Below are positions 17,140 through 25,850 of a stretch of DNA of 38,328 bases, piece by piece. Origin of the DNA: Myxococcota bacterium (GTDB taxonomy: Bacteria; Myxococcota_A; UBA796; SXON01); NCBI GenBank assembly GCA_040386535.1, contig JAZKFH010000075.1, positions 1 to 38,328 on the forward strand. The letters are read 5' to 3'. Position numbers and translations under genes: made by a program. How positions within the stretch are numbered: the first letter of the stretch is position 1; each line of letters begins with the position of its first letter. Under the pieces are notes generated by a model that saw only the letters and a list, made by a program, of their open reading frames with translations, did no database searches and was not told the DNA's origin.

Positions 17140-18285
17140 TCAACCCGTGAGCAAGCCGATCCCCACCGCCCCGGCGGCCGGAATTGCGCGCCAGGGGCTC
17201 CAGTGGCCGGTGTTCATGGCGAGGAACCCGGCGAATCCGCTCGGGAAGCGGCGCAGGGCCCGCACGAGGCGCCGCCGGAGCCACGGGCGCTTCGCCACCT
17301 GGAGCAGCAGGCCCGTCAGGAGGAGGTGGCGGCGTGTGATCCGCGCCCAGTCCGCTTCGTAGCGCTCCGGCGCCCCCGCGATGGTGGCGCGCACGAGCGC
17401 CTCGGCGCTCTCGAACGCCAGCGACAGCCCCTCGCCGGTCAACGCGTCGAGGTAGCCCGCGGCGTCCCCCACCAGGAGCACGCGGCCCCGGGTGCGTCGC
17501 GCGACACGCACCCCGAAGGGGCCGGCGCCGCGCACGGTCGACTCCGCGGGGCCGAGCTTCGCGGCGAGCGCCGGAAAGTGCTCGAGGAACGCCTCGTGAT
17601 TGCCGCGCCCGCCGCTCCACACCCCGCCGGTCCACAAGAAGGCGACCCCCACGCGCTCGGGGCCCACCGGGGTCACGTACGCCTCGACGCCGTCTCCCCA
17701 CCAGACCTCGACCTTGTCGGACCACGGGGCCGCGGTGAAGTGGCGGCGGATGCCGAGCCGTCGGCCCGCACCCGCGGGGGCGCCGTTGCCCGCCAGCGGC
17801 GTGGCCTCGATGCCCGCGTCCTTGCGCACGCGGCTGTGCAGCCCGTCCGCCGCGACCAGCCAGCGCGCCCGCACGGGGCCTCGGGACGTCTCGAGCGTGA
17901 CGCCGGCGGTGTCCTCGGTCCAGCCCATCGCCTCGGTGCCCTGGTAGAGCGTCACGCCCAGGGCGGCCGCGCGCGCGAGCATCGCTTCGGAGAGCGCGAG
18001 GCGGCGGACCCCCAGTCCGGGCCCCTCGGCGAAGTTCGCCTCCGCGATCACGTCGCCGTCGATGTAGCGGATGCCGGTGAAGGGGTGCGTGCCCCACGCG
18101 GGGAGCTCCACGCCGAGCGCCCGGAGCCGGGCGACGCCGGGGGGCATCAGGCCCTCGCCGCACGCCTTGTCGACCGGGCCGCGGCAGCGCTCCACGATCA
18201 CGGCGGTCTTGCCCGCGAGGGCGGCCTCGATGGCGACGGCGAGCCCGGCGGGGCCTCCGCCCACGATGGCGTAGTCAACGTCCAA
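17140..18285 (-). CDS. FAD-dependent oxidoreductase/monooxygenase (SrsC/FtpE-like)
   Basis: IVGGGPAGL, DKACGEGLMPPG, AADGLHSRVR, LVGDAAGYLDALTGEGLSLA; TTG start with GGAGG RBS overlapping the FAAL stop. Confidence 0.88.
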   Translation of the reverse strand: MDVDYAIVGGGPAGLAVAIEAALAGKTAVIVERCRGPVDKACGEGLMPPGVARLRALGVELPAWGTHPFTGIRYIDGDVIAEANFAEGPGLGVRRLALSEAMLARAAALGVTLYQGTEAMGWTEDTAGVTLETSRGPVRARWLVAADGLHSRVRKDAGIEATPLAGNGAPAGAGRRLGIRRHFTAAPWSDKVEVWWGDGVEAYVTPVGPERVGVAFLWTGGVWSGGRGNHEAFLEHFPALAAKLGPAESTVRGAGPFGVRVARRTRGRVLLVGDAAGYLDALTGEGLSLAFESAEALVRATIAGAPERYEADWARITRRHLLLTGLLLQVAKRPWLRRRLVRALRRFPSGFAGFLAMNTGHWSPWRAIPAAGAVGIGLLTG

Positions 18286-20107
18286 GACGCGTCCTCCAAT
18301 GCGCGATCGTGCCCTTGGCGAGCGCGCCCGCGAGGCGCCACGCGTTCACCTCTTCGGGCGGGAGCAGCTCGTCGGCGAGCCAGCGCCGCAGCGCCTCGCC
18401 GCGGCGGATCTTGCCCGACGAGGTGCGCGGCAGCGTGCCGGGCGTGAGCAACACGACCAGCGCGGGGTCGAGGCCGGTCGCGGCGAGCACGGCGGCGGCG
18501 CAGCGGTCGGCGACATCGCCTGAGCGCGGGCCCACGCCTGCCTCCGGGCGTTGCGTCTCGGCCTTGACCTCGACGAACACCAGGAGCTGCTCGCCCTCGG
18601 CGCCCTCCGGCAGCCACGCCACGGCGGCCGCGCACCCGGTCCGCACGCCCTCCACGCCGTCGACGGCCTGCTCGATCTCGTGCGGCGCATGGTTCTGGCC
18701 GCGGAGGATCACGACGTCTTTGGCACGGCCGGTCAGGTAGAGCTCGCCGCGGTGGAGAAAACCGAGGTCGCCCGTGTCGAGCCAGCCGTCGACGAGCACC
18801 TCGGCGGTGCGCTCGGGCTGGTGCAGGTACCCCGCGAACAGCGAGGGCCCGCGCACCTTGACGGGGCCCACCACGCCCACCGGCACGTCGACCGCCATGC
18901 CCGGCAGCGGAGTGCCGACGCTCACGAGCTCGACGCCGTCGGCCTTCTCGACGGCCCGCCCCTCGGAGAGCGCGGCGCGGTCGAAGCGAGTCGTCTTGAA
19001 CGGATCGTCCAACGCGGAGAAGGTGACGGCGAGCGACGCCTCCGCGAGGCCGTAGACCGGCGTGAGCGCCTCGGGCCGCAGGCCCCACTTGGCGAAGCGC
19101 TCGACGAAGCGGCGGAGCGTGCCCGGCGACACCGGCTCGGCGCCGTTCAGGGCGTAGCGCCAGCGGGAGAGATCGACGCCGTCGAGCTCGGCGTCGGCGA
19201 TGCGGTCGACACACAACGCGTACGCGAAGTTGGGCGCGGGGCTGATGATCGCGCCGGTGCGGCCGAGCGCGCGGAGCCAGAGCGCGGGGCGCCCGATGAA
19301 CACCTCGGGCCCGAGGAGGGTGAGATCGCCGGCGCGGAGCAGCGCCACGAACACGGCGCCCACCAGCCCCATGTCGTGGTAGAGCGGCAGCCAGCTCACG
19401 CCGGCCTTGTCGGCGTCCGTGCTCACGATGGCGCCGAGGATGGCGCCCGCGTTGGCGATGACCGCGCGGTGCTGCAAGGCGACGGGCTTCGGCTCGCGCG
19501 TGGTGCCCGAGGAGAACTGGACGAACGCCAGGTCGTCGGGCGTGCGGGCTCCGGAGCGCGGCGTGTCGGAGCGCGGCGTGTCGGAGAGGGGCGGGCCGGT
19601 GACGTCGGCCACGTCGACCGCGCCGAGCTCCGGGCGGGCCAGGGCCACGGTCTCGCCGAGGATCCGCCAGGTGCGGGCGTCCGCGAGGAGGAGGCGGCAC
19701 CGTGCGGCGGTCAACATCGCGGCGGTGCGCGCGTGGTATTCGGCGAGCCGGCCGAGGCGCACGGGCGGGTAGAGCGGCACCGGCACCGCCCCCGCGAGCA
19801 CGGCGCCGAAGAACGCGTCGAAGAAGGCCGGGCCCGTGGGGAGCACGATGCCGACGGTGTCGCCGGGCCGGATGCCCCGCGCGACGAGCCCGCCCGCGGT
19901 GCGCCGGGCGCGGGTGTACACCTCGGCCCAGTCGACCCGCGTTTCGCGCTCGTGCCGGTCGACGAAACGCAGCCCCTGCTGGTTGTTCGCGGCGGCGGCG
20001 GCGGCGAGGGCGGCGCCCAGGGTCGGGGGGAGGGGCCGTGTCGGGGGGAGGGGCCGTGTCGTGGGGAGGGGCCGTGTCGTGGGGAGGGGCGCGGGGGCCG
20101 CGGGCAT
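18275..20107 (-). CDS. Fatty acyl-AMP ligase (FtpD-like)
   Basis: LAFVQFSSGTT, SWLPLYHDMGLVG, YGLAEASLAV, LDTGDLG, GRAKD, LPRTSSGKIRR. Start uncertain; ATG 20107 chosen. Confidence 0.9.
   Translation of the reverse strand: MPAAPAPLPTTRPLPTTRPLPPTRPLPPTLGAALAAAAAANNQQGLRFVDRHERETRVDWAEVYTRARRTAGGLVARGIRPGDTVGIVLPTGPAFFDAFFGAVLAGAVPVPLYPPVRLGRLAEYHARTAAMLTAARCRLLLADARTWRILGETVALARPELGAVDVADVTGPPLSDTPRSDTPRSGARTPDDLAFVQFSSGTTREPKPVALQHRAVIANAGAILGAIVSTDADKAGVSWLPLYHDMGLVGAVFVALLRAGDLTLLGPEVFIGRPALWLRALGRTGAIISPAPNFAYALCVDRIADAELDGVDLSRWRYALNGAEPVSPGTLRRFVERFAKWGLRPEALTPVYGLAEASLAVTFSALDDPFKTTRFDRAALSEGRAVEKADGVELVSVGTPLPGMAVDVPVGVVGPVKVRGPSLFAGYLHQPERTAEVLVDGWLDTGDLGFLHRGELYLTGRAKDVVILRGQNHAPHEIEQAVDGVEGVRTGCAAAVAWLPEGAEGEQLLVFVEVKAETQRPEAGVGPRSGDVADRCAAAVLAATGLDPALVVLLTPGTLPRTSSGKIRRGEALRRWLADELLPPEEVNAWRLAGALAKGTIAHWRTRLGR
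20022..20090. repeat. 18-bp in-frame tandem repeat (about 3.8 copies) in the FAAL N-terminus
   Basis: GTCG(G/T)GGGGAGGGGCCGT units encoding PLP(T/P)TR. Confidence 0.9.
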
Positions 20108-20463
20108 CGGGGGGTTTAGCGCGGCGGGGCGGGGGGTGCATGGGGCGCGTCCAGCGCCACCCCCGCGCCAAGGGCGCGGAGGGCAGCCGCCTAGGGCGGC
20201 TGGTCCCGCCGGGCGTGCCGGAGGCGCCCGAGACTGTCCGATGTCTGCCCGGATGCCTGCCCGGCGGACCAAGCGGCTCCGCCGCGCGCCCGGAGCCGAC
20301 CTGCCCCGCGTCCGCGCGGGGGCGCACCCACGCCGGTGACCGGCAACGCGCTGCGCGGGCCGCCGGGGAGGGACGCATGAGCACAAGTCTGCCCGAGGAG
20401 TGCCGCCCCTGCGTGACGCTCGACGGAGCGGGCCGACGCCCGCACGAAGGGGCACCCGCGTAC

Positions 20464-20495
20464 TTGCGGAGACATCTTAGCGATGCTAAGATGTC
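20464..20495. promoter_or_regulatory. TetR-type operator overlapping a sigma70-type promoter
   Basis: Perfect 11-bp inverted repeat GACATCTTAGC-GAT-GCTAAGATGTC (20471-20495); TTGCGG-17 bp-TAAGAT with an extended TG; the -10 ends 7 bp before the tetR GTG. Confidence 0.8.
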
Positions 20496-20498
20496 CTG

Positions 20499-21119
20499 GT
20501 GAACAACCCCCTGACCCCTCGCCGCAGCCCCAAGCCCCGCTACCACCACGGCGACCTCCAAAAGGCGGCGCTGCGGCGGGGCCGGGAGATCGTCGCGCTC
20601 CGCGGGCCCGATGCGCTCACCCTTCGGGGCCTGGCGCGCGAGCTCGGCGTGACTGCGACCGCGCTGGTCTACTACTTCGGCTCACGGGGCGGCTTGCGCT
20701 CGGCGGTCGCCGCGGCGGTGCTCGCGGACCTCGAGAAGGAGGCCTTCGCCGGAGCCATCGGCGCGGCGCGCACGTCTCCGGAGGTCGTCGGATCCGCCTG
20801 GGTCGCCTACGCCGAGAAGAACCCGTACCTCTACCGGCTCGCCTCCGGAGAAGGGTGGCGAGACCAGCCCCGGGTGCCCAACGGCCTCGACGCGGGGGGC
20901 CTCGCGGTGCCCTCTCCCCGCCGGGTCCTCCAGACCGCGTTCGCCCGTCGCACGCGTCGCTTCGGGCTCCCCGCGGGGGACGCGGCCCGCGCCGACCTGT
21001 GCGCGTTCACCATCCACGGCCTGGCGCTGGCCCGGATGGACGGGGCCGGTCGGGACGCCGTGGCCCACGCCTTGGGGCGGCTGGCACCCGACTCTCCCGG
21101 AACAGCGCCGACCGCCTGA
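20499..21119 (+). CDS. TetR/AcrR family transcriptional regulator (WHG-like C-terminus)
   Basis: YHHGDL..AAL, LTLRGLARELGVTATALVYYF HTH; C-terminal FTIHGLA. Confidence 0.92.
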   Translation: MNNPLTPRRSPKPRYHHGDLQKAALRRGREIVALRGPDALTLRGLARELGVTATALVYYFGSRGGLRSAVAAAVLADLEKEAFAGAIGAARTSPEVVGSAWVAYAEKNPYLYRLASGEGWRDQPRVPNGLDAGGLAVPSPRRVLQTAFARRTRRFGLPAGDAARADLCAFTIHGLALARMDGAGRDAVAHALGRLAPDSPGTAPTA

Positions 21120-21143
21120 CCCGGAACAGCGCCGACCGCCTGA
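21096..21143. repeat. 24-bp tandem duplication of the tetR 3' end including the stop codon
   Basis: CCCGGAACAGCGCCGACCGCCTGA x2. Confidence 0.9.
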
Positions 21144-21189
21144 CGGGTGTACAGGTGGACCCGACGAGCCCGCGCTCCCGCCCCCGCCG

Positions 21190-21789
21190 CTACACCCCCG
21201 CCCCCATCCAGTACAACACCACGAGCCGCGGCCCCGCCCGCGCGACCTTGGGGATCCCGTGCTGCCAGGTCTGCTGGCAGGTGCCGCCCATGACGAACAG
21301 GTCGCCCCCGCCGAGCTCGAAGCGCACGGACGCGCCGCCGCGCGCGGGGCGGAGGAGGAGCCGACGGGGGGCGCCGAGCGACACCGAGACGGTCAGGGCG
21401 CCGGGCAGCGCGGCGCGCCCCCGATCCCCGTGGAAGGCGACGCTGTCCGCGCCGTCGCGGTAGAGCGCGAGAGACACGTGCCGGAGCGGGGCGCCGTAGC
21501 GGGCCACCAGCGCCTGCCCCATGGCGGTCACGACGGGGTGACCGGGGCCGTCCTCCGGGAGGGTGGCGGTGAGCCGGGGCACGGCGACCTCGCGCTCGTA
21601 CATGACGCGGCGCTCCGCGCGCCACGCGGTAGAGGCCTCCAGCGCCGTGAACAGCGCGCCCTCCCCGACCAGCCAGCCGGGCAGGCGCTCCACCCAGGCG
21701 CCCTCGGTCAGCGCGTGCCGCTCGAGCCCGCGGAACGTCGGGTCGAAGCGCGGGGCGGCGGGCGCGAACAGGGGCGGCTGGTAGACCAC
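21190..21789 (-). CDS. alkB: AlkB-family 2OG-Fe(II) dioxygenase (ALKBH2/3-like)
   Basis: LYRDGADSVAFHGD (HxD), VSVSLGAPRRLLLRP, GDLFVMGGTCQQTWQHGIPK. Confidence 0.88.
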   Translation of the reverse strand: MVYQPPLFAPAAPRFDPTFRGLERHALTEGAWVERLPGWLVGEGALFTALEASTAWRAERRVMYEREVAVPRLTATLPEDGPGHPVVTAMGQALVARYGAPLRHVSLALYRDGADSVAFHGDRGRAALPGALTVSVSLGAPRRLLLRPARGGASVRFELGGGDLFVMGGTCQQTWQHGIPKVARAGPRLVVLYWMGAGV

Positions 21790-21834
21790 GACGGACCGTT
21801 ATCGACAGGGTGAACACCTGTCCAGTCACCGACG

Positions 21835-21870
21835 GTCACCCCCAGCGTCACCCCCAGCGTCACCCCAAGC
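21835..21870. repeat. 12-bp triplication spanning the ACP stop codon
   Basis: GTCACCCCCAGC GTCACCCCCAGC GTCACCCCAAGC. Confidence 0.88.
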
Positions 21871-22099
21871 GGCGCCGGATCACCGCCACCAGATCCGCGA
21901 CACGTTCGATGCCGGCCTCGTCGCCGTCCTCCAGCATGACGGAGAAGTGGTTCTCGACCTCCGCGACGAGCGTGAGCAGGCGCACGGAGTCGAGGCGCAG
22001 GGCCTCGACGAGCTCGGTGTCGTCCTGCACGTCGCCCTCGAAGCCGAGGTGGGTGCGCGCCACGTGGGCGATGCCCGCGCGGATCTCGGCGTCGGTCAT
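21860..22099 (-). CDS. Acyl carrier protein (FtpC-like)
   Basis: 79 aa, acidic; phosphopantetheine motif LRLDSVRLL..VENHF; ATG overlaps the upstream stop (ATGA). Confidence 0.9.
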   Translation of the reverse strand: MTDAEIRAGIAHVARTHLGFEGDVQDDTELVEALRLDSVRLLTLVAEVENHFSVMLEDGDEAGIERVADLVAVIRRRLG

Positions 22100-22617
22100 G
22101 GCGCCCTCCCGAGGGCGTGATCCTCGACGCGGATGCGCTCGCGCAACAGCAGCGCGTTGAGCACGGTGAAGGCGAGCGCGGTGACCCAGGCGCCGTGGAT
22201 CATCGGGAGCGCGAGGCCCTCGGTCACGACGGCGAGGTAGTTGGGATGCCGGAGCCAGCGGAACGGCCCGCCCTCGACGGGCGCGAGGCCGGGGATCACG
22301 ATCACACGCGTGTTCCAGCGGGGCCCGAGCGTGGTGATGACCCACCACCGCAGCCCCTGCGCCGCCACCACCGCGGCGAGGCACGGCAGGCCGATCCAGG
22401 GAACGAACGGGCGGTCGAGCAGCACGACCTCGGCGACCGCGCCGAACAGGAACGCCGTGTGGAGCACGACCATCACCGGGTAGTGGCCCTGCCCGTACTC
22501 GACGCCGCCGTTGGCGAGGCTCCACGCGGCGTTGCGTTTCGCCACGACGAGCTCGGCCACCCGTTCGAGGCCGACCAGCGTCATGACGGCGAGGAACCCG
22601 GCCACCGTCGTCACCAT
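22096..22617 (-). CDS. Isoprenylcysteine carboxyl methyltransferase family protein (SrsB/BpsB/FtpB-like)
   Basis: ERVAELVVAKRN, GGVEYGQGHYPVMVVLH, LGPRWNTRV, GPFRWLRHPNY, RIRVED; coupled to the PKS stop. Confidence 0.92.
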   Translation of the reverse strand: MVTTVAGFLAVMTLVGLERVAELVVAKRNAAWSLANGGVEYGQGHYPVMVVLHTAFLFGAVAEVVLLDRPFVPWIGLPCLAAVVAAQGLRWWVITTLGPRWNTRVIVIPGLAPVEGGPFRWLRHPNYLAVVTEGLALPMIHGAWVTALAFTVLNALLLRERIRVEDHALGRAP

Positions 22618-23675
22618 TGAAGGAGCACCAGCTCGGAGCAGAAGCCCGGGCCCATCGCGAGGAGAAGGCCGTAGCTGCCGGGCGGCGGGGGCTCGGCGAG
22701 GGTCTCCCGGAGCACCATGAGCACGGAGGCGCTGGAGAGGTTGCCGACCTCGCGCAGGCTGGTCCACGTGTGGGCCAGGGCGCTGGGCGGGAGCTCCAGC
22801 ACGGTCTGCATGGCCTCGAGCACCTTGGGCCCGCCGGGGTGGGCGACCCAGGTGGTGATGTCGGCGACGGTGAGGCCCTGGTCTGCGAGGAAGCTGTCGA
22901 CATCGCCGCGGAGGTGGCGCGTGACCATGTCGGGCACCTCGGACGAGAGCACGATCTTGAAGCCCTCCGAGCCGATGTTCCAGCCCATCACGCCCTCGGT
23001 GTCGGGGTAGAACACGCTGCGGGTCGCGACGACGTGGGGCGCGCGATCGGTCAGGCCCATCCGTTCGGCGCGCCGCTCGCCCGCCATCACCACACACGCC
23101 GCGCCGTCTCCGAACAGGCCGCTCGCGATGAGGTTGGGGATGGAGAGATCCTCCTTCTGGAGGGTGAGCGAGCAGAGCTCGACCGAGAGCAGGAGCGCCA
23201 CGTGGTCGGGGAAGCCGCGCAGGTAGTCGGACACGCGCGCCACGCCCGCCGCCCCGGCCACGCAGCCGAGGCCGAAGATCGGCGTGCGCTTGATGTCGGG
23301 GCGGAAGCCGAGGCGGTTGACCAGGCGCGCGTCGATGGAGGGGGCGGCCACGCCGGTGACGCTCACGAACCAGATGGCGTCGACGTCGCGGGGGGTCAGG
23401 CCGGCCCGGGTGAGGGCGTCGGTCACGGCGGCGGCGCCCACGTCGGTGCCGACGCGGACGAACGCATCGTTCGCGTCCGTGAAGCCCCGCAAGCCCAGGT
23501 ACTGCTCGATCGGCAGCGCGAGGTGGCGGCCGCCGACGAGCACGTTGCGGTGGAGCTGCTCGATGCGGCCGACGTTGTGGTAGCGCGCCGCCCACGCGGC
23601 GCGGAACGCCGCGATGAGGGTGTCCTGGTCGGCGTAGTGGGGCGGAAACGCCCGGCCGACCGTCGCGATGTACAC
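22611..23675 (-). CDS. Type III polyketide synthase (FtpA/SrsA-like)
   Basis: Cys-His-Asn triad in GLGCVAG, AHPGGPKV and GNLSSAS; also SVELCSL, LFGDGA, AMGPGF; GGAGG RBS. Confidence 0.96.
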   Translation of the reverse strand: MYIATVGRAFPPHYADQDTLIAAFRAAWAARYHNVGRIEQLHRNVLVGGRHLALPIEQYLGLRGFTDANDAFVRVGTDVGAAAVTDALTRAGLTPRDVDAIWFVSVTGVAAPSIDARLVNRLGFRPDIKRTPIFGLGCVAGAAGVARVSDYLRGFPDHVALLLSVELCSLTLQKEDLSIPNLIASGLFGDGAACVVMAGERRAERMGLTDRAPHVVATRSVFYPDTEGVMGWNIGSEGFKIVLSSEVPDMVTRHLRGDVDSFLADQGLTVADITTWVAHPGGPKVLEAMQTVLELPPSALAHTWTSLREVGNLSSASVLMVLRETLAEPPPPGSYGLLLAMGPGFCSELVLLQW

Positions 23676-23768
23676 CAGCCCTCCGAACCGGCGTGGCTCT
23701 ATCGCGTCCTTCGGTGAGGCGCGTAGACCGCCCGGTAGGGGGAGCTACGCACCGTCAGCGTGATCGGC

Positions 23769-24605
23769 TCAGAAGAACAAGCAGCTCGGGCCGTCCACCA
23801 CCACGATGCCCGCGTCGTTCCAGATGCCGGTACCGGCCTCGTTGCCGTAGACGAACGCGGCCGCCGAGCCATCGCCGTCGAGCTCGTAGCTGAGCACGTC
23901 GGTGAACAACTCGGAGCCGGTGTAGAAGCGCGCCTCGCAGGTGGTGCGGTCCATGTCGAGCTCGAACTCGATCGACACGCCGACGTCGCAGGAGGAGCAG
24001 TCCGCCGGCGAGGTGGCGCTGCCGGTGAGGTTCCAGACGACTTCGCAGTCCGGGTTGCCATCGGCCTCCCGCGTGGTGTTCGCGTAGAGGCGCCAGACGG
24101 ACTCACCGGTCCAGCCGCCGGCCTCGTCGCCGTAGAGGATGTACCAGGTGTAGGACTCGGCCCCCACCGCGGGATCCCCTTCCGTGTTGGTCTCGCACGT
24201 GCCGTTGTCGATCACGCGGTCGAGTTCGTCCTCGAGGGTCGTCGTGGGGTCGGTGTCCGTATCGGTGTCCGTGTCCGTGTCGGTGTCCGAATCCGTGTCG
24301 GAGTCCGTGTCGGAGTCCGTGTCGGAGTCCGTGTCGGAGTCCGTGTCCGAATCGGTGTCCGTGTCCGTGTCGGAGTCCGTGTCCGAATCGGTGTCGGTGT
24401 CCGTATCGGAGTCGGTGTCCGAATCGGTGTCCGTGTCGGTGTCCGTATCGGTGTCGGTGTCCGAGTCGGCGTCGGTGTCCGAGTCGGACTCGGGGAAGGG
24501 GACGCAGGCGCCGTCCTTGTCGTAGGTGCCCTCGCCACAGACGAGGCCGGTGCCGCAGCCGGTGAGCGTCAGGAGGAGGAGGGACGGAAGGAGCGCACGA
24601 TGCAT
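23769..24605 (-). CDS. Lipoprotein with Asp-Thr/Asp-Ser repeat stalk and Cys-containing C-terminal domain
   Basis: Signal MHRALLPSLLLLTLTG-C; short CGEGT..C module; about 80-aa (DT/DS)n; acidic beta domain with CSSC. Confidence 0.88.
   Translation of the reverse strand: MHRALLPSLLLLTLTGCGTGLVCGEGTYDKDGACVPFPESDSDTDADSDTDTDTDTDTDTDSDTDSDTDTDTDSDTDSDTDTDTDSDTDSDTDSDTDSDTDSDTDSDTDTDTDTDTDTDPTTTLEDELDRVIDNGTCETNTEGDPAVGAESYTWYILYGDEAGGWTGESVWRLYANTTREADGNPDCEVVWNLTGSATSPADCSSCDVGVSIEFELDMDRTTCEARFYTGSELFTDVLSYELDGDGSAAAFVYGNEAGTGIWNDAGIVVVDGPSCLFF
24249..24491. repeat. Coding hexamer repeat (DT/DS)n
   Basis: Degenerate GTGTCG/GAGTCC/GAATCG hexamers in frame on the minus strand. Confidence 0.92.
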
Positions 24606-24701
24606 GGGAATCCTCGCAGGCGCGGATGATAGCGCACCGTAAGTGACACGGTACATCGGCGGGTCGTGACTTCGGGCGCCCGTTTCCGTATCCTCCGCCG
24701 G

Positions 24702-25850
24702 ATGGAGCACGCGCCGCCGAGGCTGGGGCCCGCAGAAGTACCGGGCGCGCCGCGCGCGCTGCTGGGCGCCGTCGGAAGCGTGGTGCTGCTCGGGGTGGCG
24801 GCCGTCGTGGTCCGGCCCGGCGCCGAGCTGACCCCGGTGCACCTGCTCGCCCTCGGCGCGGGCGTCGCTTCGCTCGGGATCGCGCTCGGCGCGCGGATCC
24901 CGCGACGGGTGGGGTTGACCGTGGCCCTCCTCGCGGCGCTGGCGGGCCAGCTCGCGCTCACGTGGAGCTATTCGGTCGCGTCGTTCCCCTACGTCGACAC
25001 CGCGCGGCCCTGGGGCATGGAGTGGGGGCCCTACCCCGTGCTGCGCCCCCCGATCGCCGCGCTCGTGCTCCTGGCGGTGCTCCCGCTGGCGCTCGGTGTC
25101 GCGCACGCCGGAGCGCTCGGTGGCGCTCGCCCCGTCCGAAATGTGCTCCGCCGCACGACGCGGGGCGTCGGCGTGCTCGCCTGCGCCGCGCTGCTCACGT
25201 TCTGGGGCGTCCCGCGGTGGCACGAGATGGATCTCATCGCGCCGGAGGGCGTGGTGCCCAACCTGCCCGCGCATCTCCCGCAGCCGGGCCGGGTCGGGAA
25301 GGGCGACACCCCCGCGGTCATCGGCGGCCGCCTCGTGGGGATCCACTGGTCGGAGTACAGCTTCAACGCCGCGCCCGCGCGGGTCGTGCCCTACCTCGTC
25401 CACAAGGAGCTCGCCCTGGCCAGCCTCGCGCATGGGATGCACTGGTCGCTCGCGGACATGAAGGTGGCGTCGGGCGCGCTCGCGCCGGAGACCGCGCGGT
25501 GGCAGGCGTCGTTGCGCGCGGTGGCGTGGGAGGTGCAGCGCGGGGTGAGCACCGGGTGGCTCTACGTGCACGCCGCCGCGATCCCCGTGTGGGTCTTCCT
25601 GCTCTTCCGGCTCGTGTGGGGGCGCCCGTTCCGCCGGCCGCTCGCCCTCGGCGCCAGGTGGCTCCTCCGGGTGCTCGTCTACGCGCCGCCCGTCGCGAAC
25701 CTCGCCCTGCTCGGCGTGCTCGTGGGCGCGCGCCTCCCCGACGTGGGGAGCGGCGGCGGGCGGGTGTTGATCGAGTCGCTGGGGCTGCTCGCGTGCGCCG
25801 TGGGCGCCGACGTGTGCGGGCGGCGGTTGGGAGGGGCGGATGCGTCGTAG
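24702..25850 (+). CDS. Hypothetical polytopic membrane protein
   Basis: About 8-9 hydrophobic segments with a central soluble loop; its stop overlaps the next gene. Alternative GTG at 24666. Confidence 0.7.
   Translation: MEHAPPRLGPAEVPGAPRALLGAVGSVVLLGVAAVVVRPGAELTPVHLLALGAGVASLGIALGARIPRRVGLTVALLAALAGQLALTWSYSVASFPYVDTARPWGMEWGPYPVLRPPIAALVLLAVLPLALGVAHAGALGGARPVRNVLRRTTRGVGVLACAALLTFWGVPRWHEMDLIAPEGVVPNLPAHLPQPGRVGKGDTPAVIGGRLVGIHWSEYSFNAAPARVVPYLVHKELALASLAHGMHWSLADMKVASGALAPETARWQASLRAVAWEVQRGVSTGWLYVHAAAIPVWVFLLFRLVWGRPFRRPLALGARWLLRVLVYAPPVANLALLGVLVGARLPDVGSGGGRVLIESLGLLACAVGADVCGRRLGGADAS

Noticed and set aside
20108..20455. Extended FAAL N-terminus or separate ORF between FAAL and tetR
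   Set aside because: Arg/Pro/Gly-rich translations in all frames with no RBS-supported start; more likely leader or intergenic DNA.
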